A stretch of DNA of 64,000 bases from an uncultured Tenacibaculum sp. (GTDB lineage Bacteria; Bacteroidota; Bacteroidia; Flavobacteriales; Flavobacteriaceae), in NCBI RefSeq assembly GCF_947494125.1, contig NZ_CANLTU010000014.1, forward strand, positions 2,177 to 66,176, read 5' to 3'. A program made the position numbers and the translations under genes. Positions 27,989-36,369 of the stretch are shown in pieces. Below the pieces are notes generated by a model. It was not told where the DNA came from, did not search any database, and saw only the letters and a list, made by a program, of their open reading frames with translations. The stretch's first letter is position 1. Each line of letters opens with the position of its first letter.

Positions 27989-28687
27989 ATGAAAATTTTA
28001 ATTATTGAAGATGAAGCTCGCATCGCTAAAAGAATTGAACGTATGACTAAAGAATTCTTTTTAAACACACTTCAAGAATTAACCTGTGTACATTCTTTGG
28101 CTGAAGGCATTGAATATATTCAAAATAACAAACTAGACTTATTATTACTAGATTTAAACCTTAATGGTGAAAGTGGTTTTGAGGTTTTACAAAACAGTGT
28201 TTCTGAAGCTTTTCACACTATTATTATATCTGCAAATAAACATCAAGCTTTAACAGCCTTTGAGCATGGTGTTTTAGATTTTGTTCCTAAACCTTTTAAT
28301 AAAAACAGATTAGAACAAGCTTTCAATAGAATTATAAAAAAAGAAGAAGTTACTACTGAAAACTTGCAATATTTAGCTATTAAAAAACGTACAGGAGTTC
28401 AATTAATAGATATCAAAAATGTAAGATATATTAAAGGAGCTGGTGTATATACTGAAGTTTTCTTGACCAACGAACAAAAAGAATTACACGATAAATCTTT
28501 AGAAAAACTTTCTCAATTATTACCTGAATCTTTTCAGCGTATCCATAAATCTTATTTAGTAAAAATTACTGAAATTAAAGAAATCATTGTACAAACTGGA
28601 AGTAAATATTCCATTGAATTGAATAATGGAGAGATTTTACCTGTTGGTAGAACTAAATATAAAGAATTAAAAAAGTTATTTTTTTAA
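27989..28687 (+). CDS. LytTR family response regulator
   Basis: Receiver domain (IIEDE, LLDLNL, DFVPKP) and LytTR domain (FQRIHKSYLV, LPVGRTKY). Confidence 0.93.
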   Translation: MKILIIEDEARIAKRIERMTKEFFLNTLQELTCVHSLAEGIEYIQNNKLDLLLLDLNLNGESGFEVLQNSVSEAFHTIIISANKHQALTAFEHGVLDFVPKPFNKNRLEQAFNRIIKKEEVTTENLQYLAIKKRTGVQLIDIKNVRYIKGAGVYTEVFLTNEQKELHDKSLEKLSQLLPESFQRIHKSYLVKITEIKEIIVQTGSKYSIELNNGEILPVGRTKYKELKKLFF

Positions 28688-29065
28688 TCTGTCTTTTGCG
28701 TATTCTATTTTTGTTTTTCCATGAGCAACAGGAGTGCCTTCTTCATCTAAACTAACCATAATTATTTTATCAATAGCAATAATAGTTTTCTGCGTAATCT
28801 TATTACGTACTTCGCAATTTAAAGTAATAGATGATCTTCCAAACTTTACAACTTCTATACCTATTTCTATAATGTCTCCTTGCTTTGCAGAACTTACAAA
28901 GTCTATTTCCGACATAAACTTAGTTACTGTTTTTGGAATTTCTAATTGAATAATAGCATATAAAGCAACTTCTTCATCAATCCATTGTAATAAACGACCA
29001 CCAAACAAAGTTCCATTTGGATTTAAATCTTCTGGTTTTACCCATTTTCTAGTGTGAAATTTCAT
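28676..29065 (-). CDS. Acyl-CoA thioesterase (hotdog fold, YciA-like)
   Basis: DLNPNGTLFGGRLLQWIDEE motif. Confidence 0.9.
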   Translation of the reverse strand: MKFHTRKWVKPEDLNPNGTLFGGRLLQWIDEEVALYAIIQLEIPKTVTKFMSEIDFVSSAKQGDIIEIGIEVVKFGRSSITLNCEVRNKITQKTIIAIDKIIMVSLDEEGTPVAHGKTKIEYAKDRLKK

Positions 29066-29130
29066 ATATTTTATTTTACTACAAATTTCAATAATTAGGT
29101 TTAGTAAACCTATTAAACTCTATTTGTTTT

Positions 29131-31149
29131 TTATATTTTACCATAGTATTTTCTAATAAACCATTCTATAGATAACAATGCTATAATTAAAAATAAAGCC
29201 CATTTCCAATTAATTAAATTTTGCTTTTTGGTAATAGATTTCTGTGTTGTAAAATATGATTTATTTACTGATAATTCTTCCAACAAATCATTGACTTTAT
29301 TGGCATGAAACAATTTACCATTTGTCTTTAATGCTAAAGAATTAAGTTTTTTATAATTTGCATTTGTAAATTGCTGTTCAACTTGATAATCGGTAACTTT
29401 AAACTTTCCGTAACTACTTATATTTTGATTATTAACAGATACTTTATAAGTATAGTCTCCCGAAGATAAACCTTCAACAGATACTTGGTATGAATTACTT
29501 ACTAATGAAAAAGGAACTGTCTTTTTCTCTTTATTTTTTTCATTTGTAATCGTTAATTGCAATGCAGCTCTATTATCAAACTTAAAATTTTTATCAACAT
29601 AAAAAGCTGTAATAGAAACGGGTGTATTAGCAGGATACAATCGTTCTGCGTTAACCTCTAATCTTTTTCTTTTTTTGTTTGATGCTAAATATTGTACTAA
29701 ACTTCCTAAAAACGAGTCAAATTCTTCAAAAGACTGATCTTTTAAAAAACTTGCAGCTCTCCATTTCCAAATTCCTTCACCAAATAGAACTGCATATTTC
29801 TCCTCATTATTTTCAATGGTAGTTAATAAAGGCTGCTGCGTTTCAACTCCTGCATATTTTTGGTACAATAAATTTTGTGATTTGTTATTCAATATAACTT
29901 CTCCAAATTTATCTCTTAAAGGCGGAAATTCATTAAAACCTATATCTTTTTGTAAAAAAGTTAGAAAATTATCATTATAAATGGCAGCATACTCTTCTAT
30001 TTGATTAATTGCTTGTTTTCTAATTCCTAGTTCTTGAGAATTTATAAAGTTCCAATCAGTTTTAGTTCCAGAAACTAACAAATAATTTGAAGGTATTTTT
30101 TCTAAAATATTTTTAAAATAACTATTAGGCTGATACAATACAAAAAATTGATAATCAGCAATATTAATATTTTTATTACTTACTAAAGCAATATCAGCTT
30201 TACGTTGTTTATTACTTTCTATAGATTTTTTTATAGCACCTAAATCAGGATGTAAAAAAGAACTAACAATTAGCACTTTTGTTTGCTCATCTAGTATTTC
30301 AACTGAAAAGTTTTTATAATTATTTTTTATATTTTTTTCATTTTCAATTTTACGAATTGATGCCGAATAATATTGCAAGCCTTTTTCTCCTGATAATAGA
30401 TTCGTAGAAACTGTTTGTGATGGATTTGACGAAGAAAACTGTAATTTCTTTGAAAATACTCTTTTTCCTTTATGCGTAATTGTAAAAACAGAATTTACAT
30501 TTCCTTTTCCTTGGTAGTACAATAATACTTCTACAGGAAACTTATTTTTTATATAACTATACTTGTTAACATTTAACTGTGAAATTTCTAAATCTTGATA
30601 TCTTGTTGTATCTCCTATAACAATTGGATAAATGCTATTTTTAGTGTTTGTATACTCATAATCATCTCCATTTGTTTGATTACCATCACTAATTAAAATA
30701 GTAGCGTTATTCGCATCTTTATTTAATTGATTAACAGATTCAATCGCTTGTGAAATATCAGTTTGAGTTTCTAAAAAAGATAAACTATCAAGTACAGTAG
30801 TTGTTTTTCCAAAAGAAAATAATTGAACATTAAATTTATCTTGTACATTTTTGTTTTCTTCTATATCTTTTAAAATAGTAGTTATTGCAGTCTCTTCTTT
30901 AAAATATTTTACAGAAAGAGAATTATCTACTAAAACAGATAAAATTGGTTTCTTATTTTCAATTTCAATGGTTTCTATTTTTGGGTTAATTAGCAATAAA
31001 ATTAACAGAAACAAGCTTAAAGCTTTTAAAAAGAATAGTAAAACGTGAATTTTAGGTGTTTTTTTCGTTTTATAAAAATATTGAAAAAAAGCAATAGTAA
31101 CACTTACTAAAATTGCTAAAACTATATATACGAGAGTTAATGATTCCAC
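29131..31149 (-). CDS. vWA-domain membrane protein
   Basis: N-terminal TM pair; LVDNSLS MIDAS-like motif, TDISQA and LISDGNQT; C-terminal LLSIEWFIRK TM. Confidence 0.8.
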   Translation of the reverse strand: MESLTLVYIVLAILVSVTIAFFQYFYKTKKTPKIHVLLFFLKALSLFLLILLLINPKIETIEIENKKPILSVLVDNSLSVKYFKEETAITTILKDIEENKNVQDKFNVQLFSFGKTTTVLDSLSFLETQTDISQAIESVNQLNKDANNATILISDGNQTNGDDYEYTNTKNSIYPIVIGDTTRYQDLEISQLNVNKYSYIKNKFPVEVLLYYQGKGNVNSVFTITHKGKRVFSKKLQFSSSNPSQTVSTNLLSGEKGLQYYSASIRKIENEKNIKNNYKNFSVEILDEQTKVLIVSSFLHPDLGAIKKSIESNKQRKADIALVSNKNINIADYQFFVLYQPNSYFKNILEKIPSNYLLVSGTKTDWNFINSQELGIRKQAINQIEEYAAIYNDNFLTFLQKDIGFNEFPPLRDKFGEVILNNKSQNLLYQKYAGVETQQPLLTTIENNEEKYAVLFGEGIWKWRAASFLKDQSFEEFDSFLGSLVQYLASNKKRKRLEVNAERLYPANTPVSITAFYVDKNFKFDNRAALQLTITNEKNKEKKTVPFSLVSNSYQVSVEGLSSGDYTYKVSVNNQNISSYGKFKVTDYQVEQQFTNANYKKLNSLALKTNGKLFHANKVNDLLEELSVNKSYFTTQKSITKKQNLINWKWALFLIIALLSIEWFIRKYYGKI

Positions 31150-31213
31150 AAAAATTATTTTAATCTGTGAATATAAAAATATCTATTCAATTAAATTAAT
31201 CTAATAACTTTTC

Positions 31214-31261
31214 ATTTATGATTTGGGTCATAAATTAATTAATGTTTGGCTACTAATTTTG
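31214..31261 (+). promoter_or_regulatory. Crp/Fnr-type box ATTTATGA-N6-TCATAAAT plus -7 element TAATTTTG
   Basis: Palindrome at 31214-31235; -7 element at 31254-31261; box centre 36.5 nt from the final G. Confidence 0.72.
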
Positions 31262-31279
31262 TAGTAAATATTATTAGGC

Positions 31280-31618
31280 ATGAGTACAACAAAACATTTA
31301 ACAGTAAGTAATTCAATAAATGCATCTTTAAACTTCAATTTAATAAGCATTATAAACAAAAAAATAGCGCAAGAAAAAGAAAACGCTATTGGTATTTCAG
31401 TTATTTTAATAATGATTGGTACTATGATAGCTTCCTTCTCAGCTGCATTAGCTGTACATGGAGAAGTAAATATCCTTCCTTTAGCATTTACTTGTATTTC
31501 TGCTATGGGAGCTAATGCAATAGCAATAAGTCAACGAGCATTTAAAACGGTAGCTTGGGCATTTATAATTAATATATTAGGGAATATTTTATTAATTATT
31601 TATCAACTTATACTTTAG
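31280..31618 (+). CDS. Small hypothetical membrane protein (about 3 TM)
   Basis: 112 aa ORF with three hydrophobic segments and its own promoter elements. Confidence 0.7.
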   Translation: MSTTKHLTVSNSINASLNFNLISIINKKIAQEKENAIGISVILIMIGTMIASFSAALAVHGEVNILPLAFTCISAMGANAIAISQRAFKTVAWAFIINILGNILLIIYQLIL

Positions 31619-32006
31619 GTTTAGCTTCAAACATTTTAAAAAAGAGCATGGAAGCAATATTTCGTGCTCTTTCTTTAGCTTCGTGTGCTTTGGTTCCTAT
31701 AAAAAGATTGTCAATAGTTTCAAACCATAATTGAAGCCACCTGCCAAAATGTTCTTGAGAAATACTATGGTTAAAATTGCTATCAAGATCTTTGTGAGCT
31801 TTCATAGGATTCCCTTTAAACTTACGAACAAAGAAAAGGTTAGTTTCCCAAAAATCGGTCAACTTTTGTAAATGACTCTCCCAAGTCTCATTAGGGATCG
31901 CTTTTAAAAATATATGGCCTATAAAATCATCTTCTTTAATTTTATCATAAAAAGTTGATACTAATAAATATACATCATCTCTATTTTCTATTTCTTTTCT
32001 ATTCAT
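31608..32006 (-). CDS. Group III (trHbP-like) truncated haemoglobin
   Basis: DDVYLLVSTFYDKI, HLQKLTDFWETNLF, H-ligand region and HFGRWLQLWFETIDNLF; ATG at 32006 (ORF track uses TTG at 32009). Confidence 0.88.
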   Translation of the reverse strand: MNRKEIENRDDVYLLVSTFYDKIKEDDFIGHIFLKAIPNETWESHLQKLTDFWETNLFFVRKFKGNPMKAHKDLDSNFNHSISQEHFGRWLQLWFETIDNLFIGTKAHEAKERARNIASMLFFKMFEAKPKV

Positions 32007-32030
32007 CAAAAACTATATATTAATAAGCCG

Positions 32031-32076
32031 CAAAAGTATATCTTTATGCTGTTGCAATTTATGACTTAAATCATAA
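32031..32076 (-). promoter_or_regulatory. Crp/Fnr-type box TTATGA-N6-TCATAA plus -7 element TACTTTTG for the haemoglobin gene
   Basis: Box at 32059-32076; -7 element at 32038-32031; same 36.5-nt spacing as the first box; box overlaps the first base of the Crp/Fnr ATG. Confidence 0.72.
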
Positions 32077-32672
32077 TGATACCTAAAGAACTTTTACTTA
32101 GCTACAACGCTCAATATAAAATCTACAAAAAAGGAGATATTATTTTCTCTGAAAATGAAACGGCTCATTACTATTTTCAAATTAGTAATGGGGCTGTTAA
32201 AATGAATAATTATAATGAAGATGGAAAAGAGTTTATTCAAGGTATATTTTACAAAGAACAAAGTTTTGGAGAACCTCCCCTATTTATAGATGTAAAATAT
32301 CCTGCAAATGCTGAAGCAATATCTGAATCTGAAATTTTAATAATTTCTAAAAAAGATTTATTTAAGTTATTGCAAGAAAACCCTGAAACTCATTTAAAAA
32401 TAACGCAAAGTTTAGCTAAACGTTTATATTACAAAGCAATTATAGCCTCAGAAATTTCTAGTCAAGAACCAGCTCATAGAGTTTTACGTTTTTTCGATTA
32501 TTTAAAAAACGATGTGTATAAAATAAAAGGTGATTTTACTTTTAAAGTAGAATATACCCGCCAACAAATTGCCGACACTTTAGGTTTACGAGTAGAAACA
32601 GTAATACGAGTTATTAAATTGTTAGAAAAGAGAGGAGCTCTTAAAATCTTAAAACGAAAAGTTTATCGTTAA
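32076..32672 (+). CDS. Crp/Fnr family transcriptional regulator (Cys-free, DNR/NnrR-like)
   Basis: cNMP-binding-like domain (SFGEPPLF) and HTH TRQQIADTLGLRVETVIR; contains no cysteine. Confidence 0.92.
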   Translation: MIPKELLLSYNAQYKIYKKGDIIFSENETAHYYFQISNGAVKMNNYNEDGKEFIQGIFYKEQSFGEPPLFIDVKYPANAEAISESEILIISKKDLFKLLQENPETHLKITQSLAKRLYYKAIIASEISSQEPAHRVLRFFDYLKNDVYKIKGDFTFKVEYTRQQIADTLGLRVETVIRVIKLLEKRGALKILKRKVYR

Positions 32673-32743
32673 ATTCCTTTCAGATATCCGCTAAATAAAA
32701 TAAGTATTTTCTATTTTTGTCCCTTACAACACAACAACAAAAA

Positions 32744-34087
32744 ATGAACTTAACACAATTAAATGCCATCTCTCCTATTGATGGTAGGTACCGTAATAAA
32801 GTTGCGGATTTAGCTAATTATTTTTCTGAAGAAGCCTTAATTAAATACAGAGTAAAAGTAGAAATAGAGTATTTTATTGCTTTATGTGAAATTCCTTTAC
32901 CTCAGTTAACTGACTTCAATAAAGATTTATATTCTAATTTACGTGAAATCTACACTTCTTTTTCATCTGACGATGCTCAGAAAATAAAAGATATCGAAGC
33001 AGTTACAAATCATGATGTAAAAGCTGTTGAATATTTTATTAAAGAAAAATTTGATAAACTAAGCTTGAATAAATATAAAGAGTTTATCCATTTCGGATTA
33101 ACATCTCAGGATATAAATAATACTGCCATTCCACTATCTATTAAAGATGCGATGAATGAAGTTTATTATCCAACATTAGATACTTTGGTATGTAAATTAG
33201 CAGATTTATCTGAAGAATGGGATCAAATACCAATGTTAGCTCGTACGCATGGGCAACCTGCCTCTCCTACTCGTTTAGGTAAAGAATTTTTTGTATTTGT
33301 AGAGCGTATTAACAATCAGGCAATACATATACAACACACACCACATGCAGCAAAATTTGGTGGTGCAACTGGTAATTTCAATGCACACAAAGTAGCATAC
33401 CCTGATATCGATTGGAAAAATTTTGGAACTCATTTCGTTGAAGAAATTTTAGGTTTACACCATTCATTTCCAACAACACAAATTGAGCATTATGATCATA
33501 TGGCTGCTTTATATGATGGTTTAAAACGTATAAATACAGTTTTAATTGATTTAGATCGTGATGTGTGGACCTATGTATCAAACGATTATTTTAAACAAAA
33601 AATTAAAAAAGGAGAAGTAGGATCTTCAGCAATGCCACATAAAGTTAACCCAATTGATTTTGAAAATTCAGAAGGTAATTTAGGTATTGCAAATGCTATT
33701 TTTGAACATTTATCAGCAAAATTACCTGTTTCAAGGTTGCAACGTGATTTAACAGACAGTACTGTTTTACGTAATGTAGGAGTTCCTTTTGGGCATACAT
33801 TAATTGGTTTTGCGTCAACTTTAAAAGGATTGAACAAGTTATTACTAAATGAAGCTAAGTTTGCTGAAGATTTAGAAAACAATTGGGCTGTAGTTGCTGA
33901 AGCAATTCAAACTATTTTACGTCGAGAAGCCTATCCAAATCCATATGAAGCATTAAAAGGCTTAACACGTACCAATGAAAAAATAACACAACAATCAATT
34001 GCTAACTTTATTGATACTTTAGAAGTTTCTTCTGAAATAAAAAATGAATTAAAAGCAATTACACCATCTAACTATACAGGAATTTAA
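32744..34087 (+). CDS. purB: Adenylosuccinate lyase (ATG at 32744 preferred; the TTG at 32717 overlaps the -7 element)
   Basis: AISPIDGRY, TNHDVKAVEY, RTHGQPA, GSSAMPHKVNPIDFEN and SRLQRDLTDS motifs. Confidence 0.96.
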   Translation: MNLTQLNAISPIDGRYRNKVADLANYFSEEALIKYRVKVEIEYFIALCEIPLPQLTDFNKDLYSNLREIYTSFSSDDAQKIKDIEAVTNHDVKAVEYFIKEKFDKLSLNKYKEFIHFGLTSQDINNTAIPLSIKDAMNEVYYPTLDTLVCKLADLSEEWDQIPMLARTHGQPASPTRLGKEFFVFVERINNQAIHIQHTPHAAKFGGATGNFNAHKVAYPDIDWKNFGTHFVEEILGLHHSFPTTQIEHYDHMAALYDGLKRINTVLIDLDRDVWTYVSNDYFKQKIKKGEVGSSAMPHKVNPIDFENSEGNLGIANAIFEHLSAKLPVSRLQRDLTDSTVLRNVGVPFGHTLIGFASTLKGLNKLLLNEAKFAEDLENNWAVVAEAIQTILRREAYPNPYEALKGLTRTNEKITQQSIANFIDTLEVSSEIKNELKAITPSNYTGI

Positions 34088-34091
34088 TTTT

Positions 34092-34664
34092 ATGAATATC
34101 ATTATTTTCGGACCTCCTCTTGCTGGAAAGGGTACACAGTCTAAGACAATAATTAATAACTTTGGTTTAACTCATCTTTCAACTGGAGATGTATTAAGAG
34201 CTGAAAAGTCTCAAAAAACTGACTTAGGTTTAAAAGCTTCCGAATATAGTAATAAAGGCTTATTAGTTCCTGATGAATTAGTAATGAAGATTCTTGAAAA
34301 AGTTTATAAAAATAGTGATAATAAAAAGAATTTTTTATTTGACGGATATCCTAGAAATACTAAGCAGGCAGAACACTTAATTAATGTCTTAGAAAAAGAT
34401 AATAATTCTATAGATTTTGTAATATTTTTAAAAGTACCTAAAGAAGTATTGTTAGAAAGAGCCAAAATAAGAGCTAAACAAGAGAACAGAAAAGATGATG
34501 CTGACCAAAATACGGTCTTAACTAGAATAGATGAGTTTATAACTCAAACAATACCTGCAATTGATTACATTAAAGGGAGAAACATTCCTACATTAGAAAT
34601 TGATGGTAATCAATCAATAGAAAATATTAGTCAAACTATTTATAAAAACTTAAAGTCGCTATAA
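34092..34664 (+). CDS. adk: Adenylate kinase (short LID type)
   Basis: GPPLAGKGTQ, HLSTGDVLR, LVPDE and FDGYPRN motifs. Confidence 0.95.
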   Translation: MNIIIFGPPLAGKGTQSKTIINNFGLTHLSTGDVLRAEKSQKTDLGLKASEYSNKGLLVPDELVMKILEKVYKNSDNKKNFLFDGYPRNTKQAEHLINVLEKDNNSIDFVIFLKVPKEVLLERAKIRAKQENRKDDADQNTVLTRIDEFITQTIPAIDYIKGRNIPTLEIDGNQSIENISQTIYKNLKSL

Positions 34665-34666
34665 CT

Positions 34667-35122
34667 ATGATTAAATCTGTTAATTTTTCATCTTCTATTA
34701 TAATTAGTTGTGGAATTATTCTTTTTCTTTTTGCTATTTTATTTTCCTCATGTACTCCAGAAAAAAAAGGAGACCCAACACGTTTTAAATACGGAACCTT
34801 TGAAATTCCTGCAGGCGATGGTTATGGAAAAACTATTATTATTAGAAAAGATAGCTTACAAATAGAAAAGTATACTAAAAAAGTAAGTATTTCAACTGAT
34901 AGTCTTGTTACTGAAAAAGAAAGTATACACATAGATACTTTATACATTAAGTGGAAAAATAACTTCGCTTACTATTTAAAAATGAAAAACCCAAAAACAG
35001 ATTTAGATAAAGACCCTATATTTGTTCAACTTACTAAAGTTACAGATAGCTCTTATAGCTTTACAGCAAGGATTGGATACTCAAATTTTAAACAAAAAGG
35101 AACCGTATATAAAGTAAAATAA
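34667..35122 (+). CDS. Hypothetical lipoprotein
   Basis: FSSC lipobox; beta-rich soluble domain; operonic spacing of 2-3 nt. Confidence 0.65.
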   Translation: MIKSVNFSSSIIISCGIILFLFAILFSSCTPEKKGDPTRFKYGTFEIPAGDGYGKTIIIRKDSLQIEKYTKKVSISTDSLVTEKESIHIDTLYIKWKNNFAYYLKMKNPKTDLDKDPIFVQLTKVTDSSYSFTARIGYSNFKQKGTVYKVK

Positions 35123-35125
35123 ACT

Positions 35126-35905
35126 ATGGAAATATTTTTACAACCCGATACTTGGGGTGCATTAGTAACCTTAACATTTTTAGAAATCGTTTTAGGTATT
35201 GATAATATTATATTTATATCAATTGCAGCTAATAAATTACCTGAAAAACTACAAAAAAAAGCTACCAATATAGGTTTAGTATTAGCAATGGTATTACGTA
35301 TTGCTTTACTTTTTGGTATTTCATTACTTATTGCAATGAATGCTCCTCTTTTTCATATAGATTTCTCTTGGTTTAAAGCAGGTTTTACTGGTCAAGCATT
35401 AATATTATTTGCTGGAGGTATATTTCTTCTTTATAAGAGTACCAAAGAAATCCATCATAAAGTAGAGGGTCATGAAGATGAAGATACAGATGGTAAACCT
35501 CAAAAGGGTTATACATTAACACAAGCTATAATTCAAATAACTTTAATTAATATTGTATTCTCATTCGACTCTATTTTAACTGCAGTAGGTATGACTAACG
35601 GTGTTGAAGGTGCAATGGTTATTATGATTGCTTCAGTTATTCTATCTATGATTATTATGATGTTATTTGCGAATCCAGTTGGTAAGTTTGTAAACAAACA
35701 CCCAACAATTCAAATGTTAGGATTATCATTCTTAATATTAATTGGATTCATGCTAATTGCTGAAAGTGCTCACTTATCACACGCTAAATTATTTGGTGAA
35801 GAAATAGGTGTTATACCAAAAGGATATTTATATTTTGCTATTACCTTTTCTTTAGGTGTAGAGATGTTAAATATGCGTATTAGAGGAAGTAAAAAAAACC
35901 ATTAA
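35126..35905 (+). CDS. TerC family integral membrane protein (Alx/MeeF-like)
   Basis: LEIVLGIDNIIF, FSFDSILTAVG and YLYFAITFS motifs. Confidence 0.92.
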   Translation: MEIFLQPDTWGALVTLTFLEIVLGIDNIIFISIAANKLPEKLQKKATNIGLVLAMVLRIALLFGISLLIAMNAPLFHIDFSWFKAGFTGQALILFAGGIFLLYKSTKEIHHKVEGHEDEDTDGKPQKGYTLTQAIIQITLINIVFSFDSILTAVGMTNGVEGAMVIMIASVILSMIIMMLFANPVGKFVNKHPTIQMLGLSFLILIGFMLIAESAHLSHAKLFGEEIGVIPKGYLYFAITFSLGVEMLNMRIRGSKKNH

Positions 35906-35928
35906 GAAAAATTTAAGATATTTAAAAC

Positions 35929-35969
35929 AATACCCGATAGTCGTAAAGGTTATCGGGTATTTATTTTTT
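35929..35969 (+). terminator. Intrinsic terminator of the purB-adk-lipoprotein-terC operon
   Basis: aatacccgata / tatcgggtatt stem followed by tatttttt. Confidence 0.85.
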
Positions 35970-35990
35970 AATACCTTTGCTTCTGAAATC

Positions 35991-36311
35991 ATGTTTCGCT
36001 TAAAAAAACATATAGCCCTTCTAAGTTTACTTGTGTTACTATTACCATCAGTAATACAAATAGCTCATAGTTTTGAAAATCATGAACATACCATTTGTTC
36101 ATCTATTGACGATCATCACTTTCATGAACAAGAATTAGATTGTTCTTTATTTCATTATCAACTTCAAGTTTTCTCGTATTCAACAGCTTCAAATTATGCT
36201 GTAATACCACAACATTTTTATAAAAAAGAATACACTTTTCTACCTCAAGTAGTTTCTGTTGTTTATTCCGATAAAAGAACCTCACGAGGACCTCCTTATT
36301 TTACTGTTTAA
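35991..36311 (+). CDS. Small His/Cys-rich leader ORF ending RGPP (DUF2946/CruR-like candidate arrest peptide)
   Basis: 106 aa; N-terminal TM/signal; HxxxxHEHxxC...HHFHE...C...H cluster; RGPP at 36285-36296; -7 element TACCTTTG at 35972-35979. Confidence 0.78.
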   Translation: MFRLKKHIALLSLLVLLLPSVIQIAHSFENHEHTICSSIDDHHFHEQELDCSLFHYQLQVFSYSTASNYAVIPQHFYKKEYTFLPQVVSVVYSDKRTSRGPPYFTV

Positions 36312-36363
36312 TCAAATTGTTATAAAAAAAAGAATAACAAACTTATTATTTCACAGTAAAATA
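36297..36363 (+). promoter_or_regulatory. Predicted hairpin sequestering the TonB receptor translation-initiation region
   Basis: 36297-36307 (tattttactgt) is the exact reverse complement of 36353-36363 (acagtaaaata; -17 to -7 of the ATG); inner stem 36317-36323/36334-36340. Confidence 0.65.
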
Positions 36364-36369
36364 CATTAA

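Noticed and set aside
32717-32743. N-terminal extension MSLTTQQQK of PurB
   Set aside because: The TTG lies within the -7 element (32712-32719); the ATG at 32744 gives a normal PurB start.
35100-35126. yybP-ykoY manganese riboswitch upstream of terC
   Set aside because: terC starts 3 nt after the previous stop codon, leaving no room for a leader.
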